DNA of 63,776 bases, filler included, from Reticulomyxa filosa (lineage: Eukaryota > Protista > Foraminifera): NCBI GenBank assembly GCA_000512085.1. It is 20 parts of 20 records of this genome, joined end to end, with 100 filler letters (N's around TTAATTAATTAA, not from the genome) between each part and the next. Parts side by side here need not be neighbours in the genome. Positions count along the whole stretch, not along the records: positions 7,248 to 13,083 come from ASPP01008736.1; positions 13,184 to 17,062 come from ASPP01037221.1; positions 17,163 to 21,131 come from ASPP01005614.1; positions 21,232 to 25,983 come from ASPP01003265.1; 16 more parts are not named here. One strand, written 5' to 3'. The first letter of the stretch is position 1; every line of letters begins with the position of its first letter. Positions 11,356 through 22,968 of this stretch are shown here, piece by piece. A program made the position numbers and the translations under genes. Under the pieces are notes generated by a model. The model was not told the origin of the DNA. It made no database searches and worked only from the letters and a program-made list of their open reading frames with translations.

Positions 11356-12415
11356 TATTTACATTTATACGTTCATGTATAACACAAACCCGTCTGAAGT
11401 CCAGTAATATCCTTGTCCGCCATTACACGACTTTGAATATACGTCCACCTTATCACACACCATAAACACTGAATAAAAACCCACTCCAAATTGTCCGATG
11501 ATCGACTCGCGCACTGACGCCTCATTCAAATCCACGCCGGTCGCCTCCTTGTACTTTTGCCGCTTTTCTTGCACTTGTCGGACAAATGCCTTGCTCCCTG
11601 ATCGCGCTATTGTTCCGAGGTTTTCTATCAACTCTTTTTCACTCATACCTATGCCGGTATCCTATATTTATGTGTTTTGAACCCATTTACAACATATATA
11701 AATATATGTAGGAGTTTTCTTTTTTTTTTTTTTAAAAATAAAAAAAAATAAAAAAAAATAAAAAAAAAATAATAATAACTTGAATAATCAATTGCCCCTT
11801 GGCTTTGTCCGTGTAAATATTAATTTCCAAAGGCAACTGTTTGTCAATTATGTCATTTGTCTCCTCATTATTTGTTAAAGCAAATCGTAACTTTTCTAAT
11901 GCGTCGCTTGCATTCGACAATAACTCTCGGATAAACACCTCGCGTTCTGTGTACAACGAGTGTGCTACGATATTCAAAAGTTCACGTGTTTCCGTTTGAA
12001 ACTCGTGCTTTTGTAAATCACCTTTTTTTTTTTTTTTTTTTTTTTTGATTTCAATTTTTTTTTTTTAAAAAAAAAAAAAACATTTCCAAAAAAAATTCAT
12101 GCCCCCTTTTTACTAATTTCGAAATTCAATTGTCTCCCCGAAAGTGTCGGAAATTTCCTTACCTAATATTTTCTCATTGCTTTTCAAATTCGGGCCTTCA
12201 GTCTCTTCAACTTCTGTGCTATCCTCCTTTTTTTCTTCCTTCGAAGCCTTTGTGGATTCATCCGTCGTCGACGAGACAGAAAACTGACGTCCAACGCGCA
12301 CATGTTGAACGCTGTACATTTTAGAAAAACTGTTCCTGATCACATTCAGCCTTCGGATTGGTTGAACGGAATGGCGTACACAAGCCCTAATTAAAGAGGA
12401 GGCTACAAGGGACAT
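9760..12415 (-). CDS. TRAP1: Mitochondrial HSP90 (TRAP1/HSP75), 4 exons
   Basis: Arg/Ser-rich presequence; [41 protein letters not shown]; [13 protein letters not shown]; [11 protein letters not shown]; [21 protein letters not shown]; no charged linker or MEEVD tail. Confidence 0.92.
11245..11352. repeat. TA/TG-rich intronic microsatellite (similar tracts at ~21310-21365, 21630-21690, 21920-21970, 30310-30470, 63695-63760)
   Basis: Degenerate (TA)n/(TATG)n arrays inside GT-AG introns. Confidence 0.85.
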
Positions 12416-12718
12416 GATTATATGCCCAAGAACTTTAGTATTGAATCAATTATTATGCACTTATGAACAAAAAAAAAACTTTTAATTTTTGCCTTACTTT
12501 CAATGGACGAAAAAAATGAAAGTTTTAAAACTACTTTTAAGCCTTGTGTCTACCTACAAATGGTTCAGCTTTTTTCCAGAGGTGTATTGAGAGAACAATT
12601 TGCTACAAACATAAAAAGATGTAACTTATTTTAATTAAGTTGCAAGCAAAGCAAATGTAAAACAAAGCAACAAATAAAGAGAATGGGACGGAACTTTGAG
12701 GGGAAAAAAAAGAGGCCA

Positions 12719-13083
12719 ATGAGACGAACATTACAATTAAGAAGCGGAATATTTAGGAACAGATGGTCACATCAGAGGCTCTATCGGTTCACTTCATCAT
12801 CGAAAGACGAGGTATCATCAACATCATCATCGTCATCTCCTCCGTCGACCCCGCTAGCAGGCAGTCCAGCAACGGCGGACGCTAAAAAAGAAGAGGCCGA
12901 GAAAAAGACAAGCGTGGAAGAAAAGAAAAAGGAAGAACCGGAGAAGAAGGAGAGTGCACCAGAGCCATGGATCCGAGTTGTGGACGAGCAAAAGCCAACA
13001 CTTCAAATAAGATTGCCAAGAATATTTTTTTGGAGGTTGGCCCGCAAAGTTGAAAAACGAAAGAAGGGTTTTTTTTTTTTTTT
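12719..13083 (+). CDS. 5' exon of an unknown, probably mitochondrion-targeted protein, divergent from TRAP1
   Basis: MRRTLQLRSGIFRNRWSHQRLYRFTSS is Arg-rich and acid-free like a presequence; runs into a poly-T intron at the contig end. Confidence 0.5.
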
Positions 13084-13183
13084 NNNNNNNNNNNNNNNNN
13101 NNNNNNNNNNNNNNNNNNNNNNNNNNNTTAATTAATTAANNNNNNNNNNNNNNNNNNNNNNNNNNNNNNNNNNNNNNNNNNNN

Positions 13184-13885
13184 ACACAAATATCTACCAC
13201 CATTAAATTGTGAAAATTCAATTCCATCAACACCATCAGTGTGTCCAATGAATGTTTGTAATTGTTTATTATGTTTGAAATCCAAAAAACTAATGGTACT
13301 CTTATTTGATGAAGAACAAATGACATTTTGACGGTGATTATGATAATGATATGCTGAAAATTTCACACAAGTGACTCCATGTCCATCGAATGATCGAATT
13401 TGTTCGTTATCAACATCCCATACAAGAGTTGTGTTATCATCTGATGAAGAACAAATGAATTGACAATTATTAAATGTTGAATAATCAATATTATTCACCC
13501 TACTAGTATGTCCAGTGAATGTATTGACCAATTTGGATGATGAACAAAATGTGTCAAACATAAAGAAGGTAGTTGCCTGTGTTAACAGCAAACAAATTTA
13601 TATTTGTTTATTTTTATTTCAATTAAATGAAAGACAAAATTTAAAAAACGCAACATAATTGGCAATTAGTTTATCGAAATCATTTATCCATCCAGATTTA
13701 ACGTGTAATATTCGCTTCCAATACTGGATAATAATTTGGATCTCGTTTTCCTCTAGCTAATCCAACAACAAGCACACAATAAATACAATAAAAACTTGAA
13801 GACAATCAACTTTTTATAAATTTGGAATAAAACTTACAACTATTAGTTGAGTTAAAGTTTGTTCATCATTGATAAGAGTTGTCAT
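13184..13885 (-). CDS. WD40-repeat protein, 3'-truncated (exons 13885-~13838, 13756-13655, ~13576-13184)
   Basis: MTTLINDEQTLTQLIV / LEENEIQIIIQYWKRILHVKSGWINDFDKLIANY / ATTFFMFDTF...FTGHTSRV...VWDV; paralog of 1067-2436. Confidence 0.85.
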
Positions 13886-15679
13886 TTTGAACTGCATTTT
13901 TTTTTTGCTTGAATCTTTTTCAATGATGTAAAATGTTTAACTTTTTTTTTTCAAGTTCAATGAAGGGACTTTGTTTTTGTGATCCGTTATAAAACTTTAC
14001 TCAAACCAATACTCAAATAATTGTTCAAAATTGAGTTTAAATGCATCATTAGTTTGTATATATTTGTCATCATATATTAAGTACATTCTGGTGTACAACA
14101 ATTCAAATTTGACATAGTAAAGCACAACTAATTATTGGAAATGGAACATTGAGCAAAAAGCCTATCTGGAACCTCGTTCCTTGTGTTTCATTACACAACA
14201 CATATCAAATTAAGTTGGATGAACTGTATCAAAATATCCAAAACAGGAAAAAGCTAAATAAATAAATAAAGGTGCATATTACTTAGATATATAAAATAAA
14301 TTTGATTTACAAAAACATTATTTATACAATGATTTAAGAAACAAGTTCAATGTGATGAACAAGTAATTGTTCCTTCAAAAAAACATTGTAAAATGGAATT
14401 ATATTCACTTTACTTTCTTCAATTTTTCTTACATTAAATAAATTTTTTGAGCAAAATATGATATACCATCTAAGAGACTTGAACAAAAAAATTATTTAAC
14501 AGCTTTAGATTGAAAACAAATAATCTTTATCAATAATCAAATTGTTTTTGAATTCAATTCACTTTTATGTTATTGATCAAAGAAATAGATACTTAATTAC
14601 TCTTCGGTGAAGAATGAATATATTAAATTTCTTTCATATTTTAGTTGTATTGTTATAATGACAGTAATTAAAAATATCTTTATTTGAATAAATTTCCAAA
14701 TAACAACTATCAATTTGAAATGATTTCAAATTATCTTTTATTTGATTTATCAACTATGAGATTAAACCATCTTTCTCTCGCAAATTTTATTTACGATGTT
14801 TAATAAACAAAAAGGGTTGATTATAATTTATACATAACGCAAGTATAAACTATTATCAATTATTGGTAATGTATTCTTCATTTTCACCAACTTGTAACTG
14901 CTTCACTTTCACGTTTAAGTTATTGCTTTGCTTAATTTGAGAAAATGACAGATATTCAAATTAAATATTCATAAGTATTTCCTTTACACTTATTTCCAAC
15001 AATTGACGCAAGATTGAATGTATTGATAGTAATAATTTGTGGACTTGAAAGAAAGAAAATATGCTATTTGCAAGCAATGAAAGTTCTTTATCGATTGACA
15101 AAATACGCATAACATTTAATTGCCGTGAAATGGAATCTTTCAAAGATTTTCAAACTATTATTGTTGATGTTTGTTGTGGTAAAAATAATCCATATTCTCA
15201 TCAAACAACAACGAAAAGAATAAATATAAACAAACATATGCCATTTGGTCAACTACTCAAGGACATTAAATTGCTGACTTTTCATTGTGAGTAATTGCAT
15301 GACAAAGCTGTCAAGTCCAAATGATTCATTTAAGACTTTTGTTGTTTTTTATTTTGTGTTGAGTATTTCTGTTTCTAAGCCTCAGATATTTGGAATATCC
15401 AATGAATTCAATTAATTACTTTGATCACAAGGAAGACAAATTGTAATATCTGACAGCTATTTTCAATCAAATATGAAAATGAATACTTATCTTACAATTT
15501 ATTCTGTTTTTGAACAATTGATTGATCAAAGAAAAGCATTTCTACCAATAAAAAATTCACAGAATAAGTAAAATTATATTACCTTTCTATAAAGACTTTT
15601 GCATTGTAGAATTGTTGTGATGCACAAAATGTAATATTTATCTTCCATTTCAAAATGTTTATTGTTCAAATAATATTAG

Positions 15680-15867
15680 TGCCCAATTTAAATACATTTC
15701 AATTTATTAAACACGATACTTTACCAACTGACGATGATATATTTTACCACTGCTTTGCATCAAATTTAGAAAATGAACAAGGACAAGAAATAACTAAAAC
15801 AATAAAGGAAAAAAAAAATTATCAAATGCTGTTGTTTTGTAAAAAGACATTATCAAAATTATTATGA
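15680..15867 (+). pseudogene. Isolated fragment of the Kelch-like family
   Basis: NLNTFQFIKHDTLPTDDDIFYHCF...MLLFCKKT matches the interior of the Kelch-like gene at 37749; flanks are not coding. Confidence 0.6.
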
Positions 15868-16142
15868 AGTACAGTAGATGAACAATTAAAATTTCTGTTA
15901 ATATGCTAATCTTTAAATATGATTTTTATTTTTATTTCATAATTGTGGAATTTACCATTTTTTTTAAGTATTTTCAAAATTAAAAAAAGGTTAACAATCA
16001 AAACAAATAAATTATAAATAAATTTTCTTTCGAATAATAAATTTTTAACCAAGACAAAAAAAACTTCGCTTTGTTACTTACCCTTCTGTGTTAACTTCAA
16101 AAAAAAGGGATAATCTGCCCCTTTAGTGGAACTTCAAGAATA

Positions 16143-17062
16143 ATGCGTGAAATCATAACAATAGAAGTCGGTCAAGCGGGCATTCAGGTCGGAAATGCAG
16201 CGTGGGAGCAGTACTGTGGGGAGCACAACATCAGTAATGAAGGCAGACAGCATAGAGTAACAAAAGATAACTCGCTTAAAGTATTTTTCGAAGAAGCGAG
16301 TGATGGTCAGTTTGTTCCAAGAAACCTTGCGGTTAAGACTTTGATTTTTTTTTTTTTTTTTTTCAAAATAAACTTTTGAAACTTAACTAAAAAAAAAAGA
16401 GTATATGTGTATGTACATATACACGTATCTAACTTTTGCAGGTAGATTTAGAGCCAAGTGTGATTGATAAGGTGAAATCTGGACCACTTGGATCACTGTT
16501 TAACAGCAATTTTTTGTTATCAGGAAACGAAGACGCATGCACACATGCACGGGGTTTTTACTCGACCGGGAGGCAAATAATAGACGAAGTGACTGACAAA
16601 TTGCGAAAATTGGTGGATAATTGTGACAATGTGATGGGGTTTATAATAACGAACAGTATTGGAGGAGGAACAGGCTCTGGCATGTGCATGTTGATCTTGG
16701 AGCGGCTGTACGTAGATTACAAAAAGAAGGCAAAAGTGGGATGTGTGATATACCCATCAAAGACGTTATCGACCTTGATAGTTGAGCCATACAATGCGAT
16801 GCTTGCAATGCATTGGCTGGTGGATCACGTCGACATTGCACTGGCATTTGACAATGAGAGTCTGTACAATATTTGCCAAAGGAATCTACATATTGCAAAA
16901 CCTGATATGAGCAATGTGAATCGATTGATTGCAAAAGTGATATCATCAATGACCGCATCTATACGGTTCAGTGGAGAATTGAATGCAAATTTGGATGAGT
17001 TGCGAATGAATCTGGTCTCTTTCCCGAGATTGCATTTCATGACTACAGGCATGAGTCCAATT
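16143..17062 (+). CDS. Highly divergent alpha-tubulin (exons 16143-16331, 16442->17062), 3'-truncated
   Basis: MREI...GQAGIQVGNAAWE, VPRNLAVDLEP, signature GGGTGSG, VEPYN, DNE, SSMTASIRF; alpha-type Glu at the 254-equivalent position. Confidence 0.9.
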
Positions 17063-17162
17063 NNNNNNNNNNNNNNNNNNNNNNNNNNNNNNNNNNNNNN
17101 NNNNNNTTAATTAATTAANNNNNNNNNNNNNNNNNNNNNNNNNNNNNNNNNNNNNNNNNNNN

Positions 17163-17711
17163 AAAAAAAAAAACTTTTTTTTTTTTTTTTACAGATTATC
17201 GAAAAATTATTCCCCCCCCCCCCCCTTGCGCTAGCAAAAAATTTCTGGAAATTTCTGCTCCATTAGACGCTCTTCTCCACTCCTCCCCCTTTGAACACAT
17301 GTTTTTTTGTTTGTTTTTATTGCTCTCGAAACGTTCAAAGTTTCGTCGTCTTTCAAATTGACCACGTGGCCTTTCATCCCAATCGCCTCGGGCTTGCCTT
17401 TCACCTCGTGGTGGTCTGTCGCCCCAATTATTTCGTGGTGCTCTTTCGCCGCGATCTGCACGGGATGGTCGCTCATTCCAGTCGTCGCCCTCTTCCGTTC
17501 GTCTATTGCCGCGGCGTCTGTTATCGGTTTGCTCTTCATCTCCAAAATCGTGGTCCTCGTCCACAATATCATCGGAATTTCTTTTTCCTCCTACAAAACG
17601 CTGTTGTTGCGAAAACAGTGGTTGAACATTCACTGCCCGTTTTGACAAGGCTTTAAAATTATAGGAAAAAGATTTAGGAATTATCGACACTGCTCGGACT
17701 AATTTAGACAT
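17163..17711 (-). CDS. 5' exon of a probable mitochondrial protein with R/G/D-rich repeats
   Basis: Presequence-like MSKLVRAVSIIPKSFSYNFKALSKR followed by DWNERP/NWGDRPPRGE/DWDERPRG repeats; function unknown. Confidence 0.5.
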
Positions 17712-18232
17712 GGCAAGCAAAAAAGTGTTGATGGACTTTGTTCAAAAAAATCTGCGAATAAACAAAAAAAAAAGTAAAGCTTGTTCAATCATTCAGGCGA
17801 TCTTGCTATTTGCTGTCCATTTTCAACACACAACGTCTATCATCGATCACGTAGAAATCATATTTTTAACTGTATTGTAACTTATCTTTTGATGCCAAAG
17901 AAAGCTTGTATTTCTTCAAAAGATCATCAAACAATTTTCTGTTGCACTACTATTTAATCAGTGTTGTACCCAACTTGTTCTAAATCAATTAACAAAGTGT
18001 TACTTTAATACTTAAATATGATTGCTCAAATATTGTAACACAATACAAATGATATATGCACAAAAAGACAGAGAAACGACAAAACAGAGAGAAGGTTTTT
18101 GATTTTTTAGAGGGGAGGGTATCTTGGAGATAAATATTTATTGCTCCACATCTCAATTGGATTGTTACATTTTGTGTGGAATTATTCCTCTTTTTTTTTT
18201 TTGTTTGTGTGATTGTATTCTTGTTTCATATC

Positions 18233-20614
18233 GATGAAACAAAGCACAACTGTAAACTTACGTCTTCAAAGCCCGGTGGCCGAGGGCCTTTTATCGTGTC
18301 ACTCTCCTCCAAGCCCTTGTAGTAGTGTCGGTCCACAATCAGGAGGTGACCTTATCCAAGATGAGCCAAAGGGCCCTCAAAACATGATCTTCAAGAAGGC
18401 AATTAACCAACTGTATGTAAAAACGAAAGCGCACGAAACGAACGAGGAGGAAGAGGGCAAGGTGAGGGATGTTTCAAAGCCGATTAAAAAAAAAAGTCGA
18501 TTGGCAGGAATGGACACCATTTGTCAAGCATCATCAGGAGACATTTGCCAAAGTTCGTGGATGGACATTACCACCTCAACCAAGGTGACATCCCATTGTT
18601 GCGACTGGGGGAGTACCAAACACGCCGACGACGAGCATTTGTTGTCTCCGCAGCAGCAGCAGCAGCATCAGCATCAGCAAGAGGGTTATCCAAACCATTG
18701 CAGCCTCTCACCAATTACGCCCCCTTCACCAGCTCAACTGAATACCCCCATTACTCCATTACACGTCCACAAAGGATTGGAAGCCTCACAGGTTCTCACT
18801 TCGCCTGCAGTCGTCCATTCATCTATTCATTATCCATACCAGGCGATCTCTTCCAAGTACTTGTATTTTTATTTTCCTCTCTTTCTCTCCCCCCCCTCCC
18901 CTTCTTTCAGACTTTCAAAAAAAATTTGAAAGCAGCAAACACGATTATGTACCCCTCATTTTTTTTTTTTTTAAAAACTCATACGTATACTCAAACGACA
19001 AATAAACAATTGCAAATTAAAAAAAAAAAAAAAAAAGTTTATTTGAAGAGGAGGAAGAAGAGGAGAGCAAAGATGACACAAGCGAAGATAACGACAATTG
19101 GTTTCATCCATTAGAGAAATTGCATAATGAAAAGTTTTGGAGTGAAGAGAATGTGAGCGAAGCGTCAGCAACGATCTTTGAATTGGATGAAATCCGTGGG
19201 GAAATGTTTGAGTTGCATAACTACAAAAAAGTGAACGACTTGGGACATGGCACTGACTCGTTTGTGTACGAAGTGGTGGATCGTAGACACGCCACGAAGG
19301 AAATGCGCAATTCCCATGTGGCCATGAAGTTGACCAAATCCAAGTATGGACGCGTTCGCACGGAGATCAATTTGTTGTACCAGTTGCGACAATGTCCGCA
19401 TGTGGTGCAGCTTATCGACGTGCTTGAAAACATGTCCTTGTACGTACTGATCTTAGAACAAGCCTTTTGTTCGTTGGAAGAACTGCTCACACAAAAGTTT
19501 GCGATTGTTCCCATGAGTGAACATGTTGCCAAGTCTTTCATTTCGGACACTTTGAAAGGGATCATGGCCGTTCATAACTTGGGATTTGTTCACAAAGGTC
19601 AACTTTTTTCTTTTTTTTCAAAATTTGTTTGTATTTGTAAAGACCTTTTTTTTATTATTATTATTATTATTCCGATTTATTTCTTTTTTTTTTAAAAAAT
19701 GTATACGTACAATCTTACAACCAAAAAAAAAAACATATCCAAACAATTGTGAAAAAAAAAAATAAAAAATAAAATTGTAATATGTGTATAGATGTATATG
19801 ATGTATCATACATATTGAATGAATGTGTAAACACATACAACAAAAAGATATCAAACCGGATAATGTCCTCGTGTTTGTTGACTTGTCCACTCGGCGGTTG
19901 CATTGCAAAATTAGTGATTTTGGCTTTGCCACAAGGGTCAACGTATACACAGCGTCAGGTGTACAACTACTGCAGCAGTTGCCACCCAATACTTTGGCAG
20001 AACTGAAAAAAGGTGCCAACGATCGTGCCGGTAGTCCAGGATATTGGGCACCAGAATTGTGTAACACTTGCGTGGAATTGACACAAAGTTTCAAATTGGA
20101 CGTATTCAGTGCTGGTGTTACGCTTTATCGGGTAATGTAATGACAGACAATAATAAAAAAAATTATACATTTATGTATTTATTATTGTTACTATTATTGT
20201 ATTTATTTATTTATTTATTTATCTTGGGTTCGATTACATTTTTCATGCTAACACCATTCATATCTTACGTAATACCACCAACAAAAAAAGATGTTGTGCA
20301 ACGAATTGCCGTTTGATGCATTTGAAAGCTGGCCCTTTTCAAACGTCACAAAAACCAAATTGTTAAAAGCAAAGCCTTGGTTCATTGTGGTTCAGTGGGT
20401 GAATACTGACCGCCCATTTGATAGCAGCTTGAATGGTGGTGCTGACAAACAAAAAGCGAGCTATATTCGCAGAGTTTGCAATCGCACCTTGTCAGAACAT
20501 TCCATCGATTTGATGAGAAATATGTTAAAAATTCGTTCGAAGGACAGGTTTACATTGCGTCAATGTTTAGAACATGAGTGGTTTTCTGAAGAAGTGAGCA
20601 TGAAGAGAGGATAG
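18233..20614 (+). CDS. Ser/Thr protein kinase with low-complexity N-terminus, multi-exon
   Basis: LGHGTDSFV, VAMK, HKDIKPDN (across intron 19598-19847), DFG, GSPGYWAPE, DVFSAG, RFTLRQCLEHEWF. Confidence 0.9.
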
Positions 20615-21234
20615 GTGCATTAAATAGCTTTTTCTTTTATTTGTTTCTTGGTTTGTTTATTGTTTGTTGTTTGTGCTGGTATGTACGGTTTCGGAAAAGA
20701 ACAGACTTTTTTCTCTTTGTTTGTTGCTTTAAAAATCGTATGGCACTTGTTTGTGTTTGGTGTTATGTATATACATGTTTTTTTCCACTCTGCCATTGCT
20801 GTTTAACTCATTGCTTTTGGATGCTAACAAAATAGCCTATATTTCATTTTTTTTTTTATGTATTCACTCCCTATGGGAAAAAAAATTAGGGCTACGTCAA
20901 TTTAAAGTTTATTCATGCAGATGATTGTCACAATAGGCCAAATCTCCTTTCTTGCAACGCGCATATTTTTGCACTTTAAGAATATGCATTTTTGTTGAAA
21001 GAAAACTTTTCCGGTTTCGTTTTTTGCTAACTTTACATAGTGCAAAAGAATAATTGCTGAAAAAAGTAGGGAAAAAAATGACAGTTACAAGTCTTGCATT
21101 CATTTTTAAAATTGAAATAGAATGTTGTTGTNNNNNNNNNNNNNNNNNNNNNNNNNNNNNNNNNNNNNNNNNNNNTTAATTAATTAANNNNNNNNNNNNN
21201 NNNNNNNNNNNNNNNNNNNNNNNNNNNNNNNTTT

Positions 21235-21275
<41 letters not shown>

Positions 21276-21387
21276 ACAGATAATTTCCTACTATTATATC
21301 CAATATAAAAATATGTGCACATATATATAAACATATATATATATATATGTATATGTATACGTATACGTAATGGAAAAAAAAAAAAAG

Positions 21388-21917
21388 AATTATTTCGTAT
21401 ACCGCGGAGACCACACTAGAATAACGGACATGCTGCGCTGTGCATTTGTGTTTGACTCGTTTTCGGATTTGTATCGTGGGTTTTCAATATTGGAAGAGAT
21501 TGTGTCGGATAACAAGAAAAACATCAAAGGTGGCATTTTATATGTGAAGGACCGCTTTGTTCCTCAGTCCGTTCCATTCGGATATCGTGATTTGCTTATC
21601 CACTTCTTTTGTCCAGGTTTTGCACGTTATATGTATATACATATATGTATACATACACACATATATACATATATATATATGTATATGTAAATATGATCCC
21701 ATGTGCAAGCAAACAATGAAATAACAAAACAACATAAAAAGAGTCGGAAGTGATATGCGAAATCCAATTCCACCACAAAGCATTGTATCGACACCACCAA
21801 CTCAGTCACGACTTGTATAAAAAGGCACGCTTGTTCAAGACTGTCCAACAGCAAAATCTACTCTATGATTATGTCAGCACTTTTGTCAAGCCTAAGTGCT
21901 CTGTTCAAACAACTCTG
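21388..21917 (+). CDS. RelA/SpoT-like (alarmone-synthetase-type) nucleotidyltransferase region, exons 21388-21616 and 21742-21917; N-terminus off contig
   Basis: Ordered motifs ITDMLRCAFVF, VKDRF, GYRDLLIH, CEIQFHH, SHDLYKKAR; the phase-1 GT-AG intron joins the exons in frame (CP-E-SEVICEIQF). Confidence 0.7.
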
Positions 21918-21919
21918 GT

Positions 21920-21961
<42 letters not shown>

Positions 21962-22004
21962 TATATAATTATATTGAGAGATGTATTTATGTTGGATGCA
22001 ATAG

Positions 22005-22968
22005 ACAACAACGGCCGAACAAGGCAAAGAGGAGAAACAGTAACAGGGGAAGAAGAGGAGAAAAGCAGGACAGAAAGAAGAAGTGAAAAAGGGGAAGAGA
22101 ATAATACAAGCTCAATGGAAAAACTAGTTGCAGAGTGGCTGCCTCGTTGCGATGTGAAACAGTACATTATAAAACTGCGGGAAAATGGCTACGATAGCGT
22201 AGAGCTGTTGCAATATGTCGGAGATAAGGACAGCGAGTTGATTGAGATGGGATTTAAGCCTGATGACGCTGTCACTTTTTTACGTAAAAAAATGAGCATT
22301 TTAAATTGCCGCATGCGAAAACTGCTAATGTGTTGGATGACAAGCATCCCCATTTGATCGCGAAAGCGTTTGCAAATGTAAAAAACGATTCCAATTCAAT
22401 CCCTTGGCAGTGTGTTTGGTTTGGTAAAAATCCTTTTCGATGGATTAATACTGATTGGGAGGCCGCCACGTTAAGTAACGAGGGAGTTGGAGTCCCTCAT
22501 CGCTTAGAATGGAACAACGATCAAACACACGATGATACTATCGACAATGGAGTCCCGCGCTCTTTTTCCGTTGTCTTTCGATTTCGAGTGTCCAAGTGCA
22601 AGGAGGGGGTACATCACTCCACTCTTGTCGGGTTGGAAGATCTCACTTTTATTCGAGGAGATGACTTGTACGAGTGGGACCTGGTTGATAATGCATTCCA
22701 TTCCGTCGCTTTAGTTGTCAATTTTCAAACCAAGTCCTTTTCTGTTATGATTGACGGTCGTGACGAACAAAAAACTGTACCTTTTCCAAACAACTTTCAA
22801 CCCGTTCATTGTAATGTCCTTTACTTTGGATGCCATATTCATCGTGGCTACAACAATGTTTACAAACGTATGGATGGAGAGATTTCTCAGATTCGCGTTT
22901 TTTCCATTCCTTTTAATTCACTCGCAATGCAAGAAGCCATTCATTCATATCGGCGTATTGCCTCATAA
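22005..22968 (+). CDS. SAM domain (~22115-22290) followed by LamG/concanavalin-A-like domain (~22555-22945); probably continues the upstream NTase gene; frameshift at A7 run 22286-22292
   Basis: VAEWLPRCDVKQYIIKLRENGYDSVELL...ELIEMGF fits the SAM consensus; SFSVVFRFR, FHSVALV, VMIDG, LYFG, MDGEISQIRVF fit LamG. Confidence 0.65.

Noticed and set aside
10720-11465. ORFs rich in YIYI/ICI repeats (also near 21538-21854 and 30049-30547)
   Set aside because: Translations of TA/TG intronic microsatellites or antisense frames.
22275-22300. Programmed ribosomal frameshift between SAM and LamG
   Set aside because: No obvious stimulatory structure, and similar homopolymer shifts occur throughout; sequencing error or a short intron is more parsimonious.
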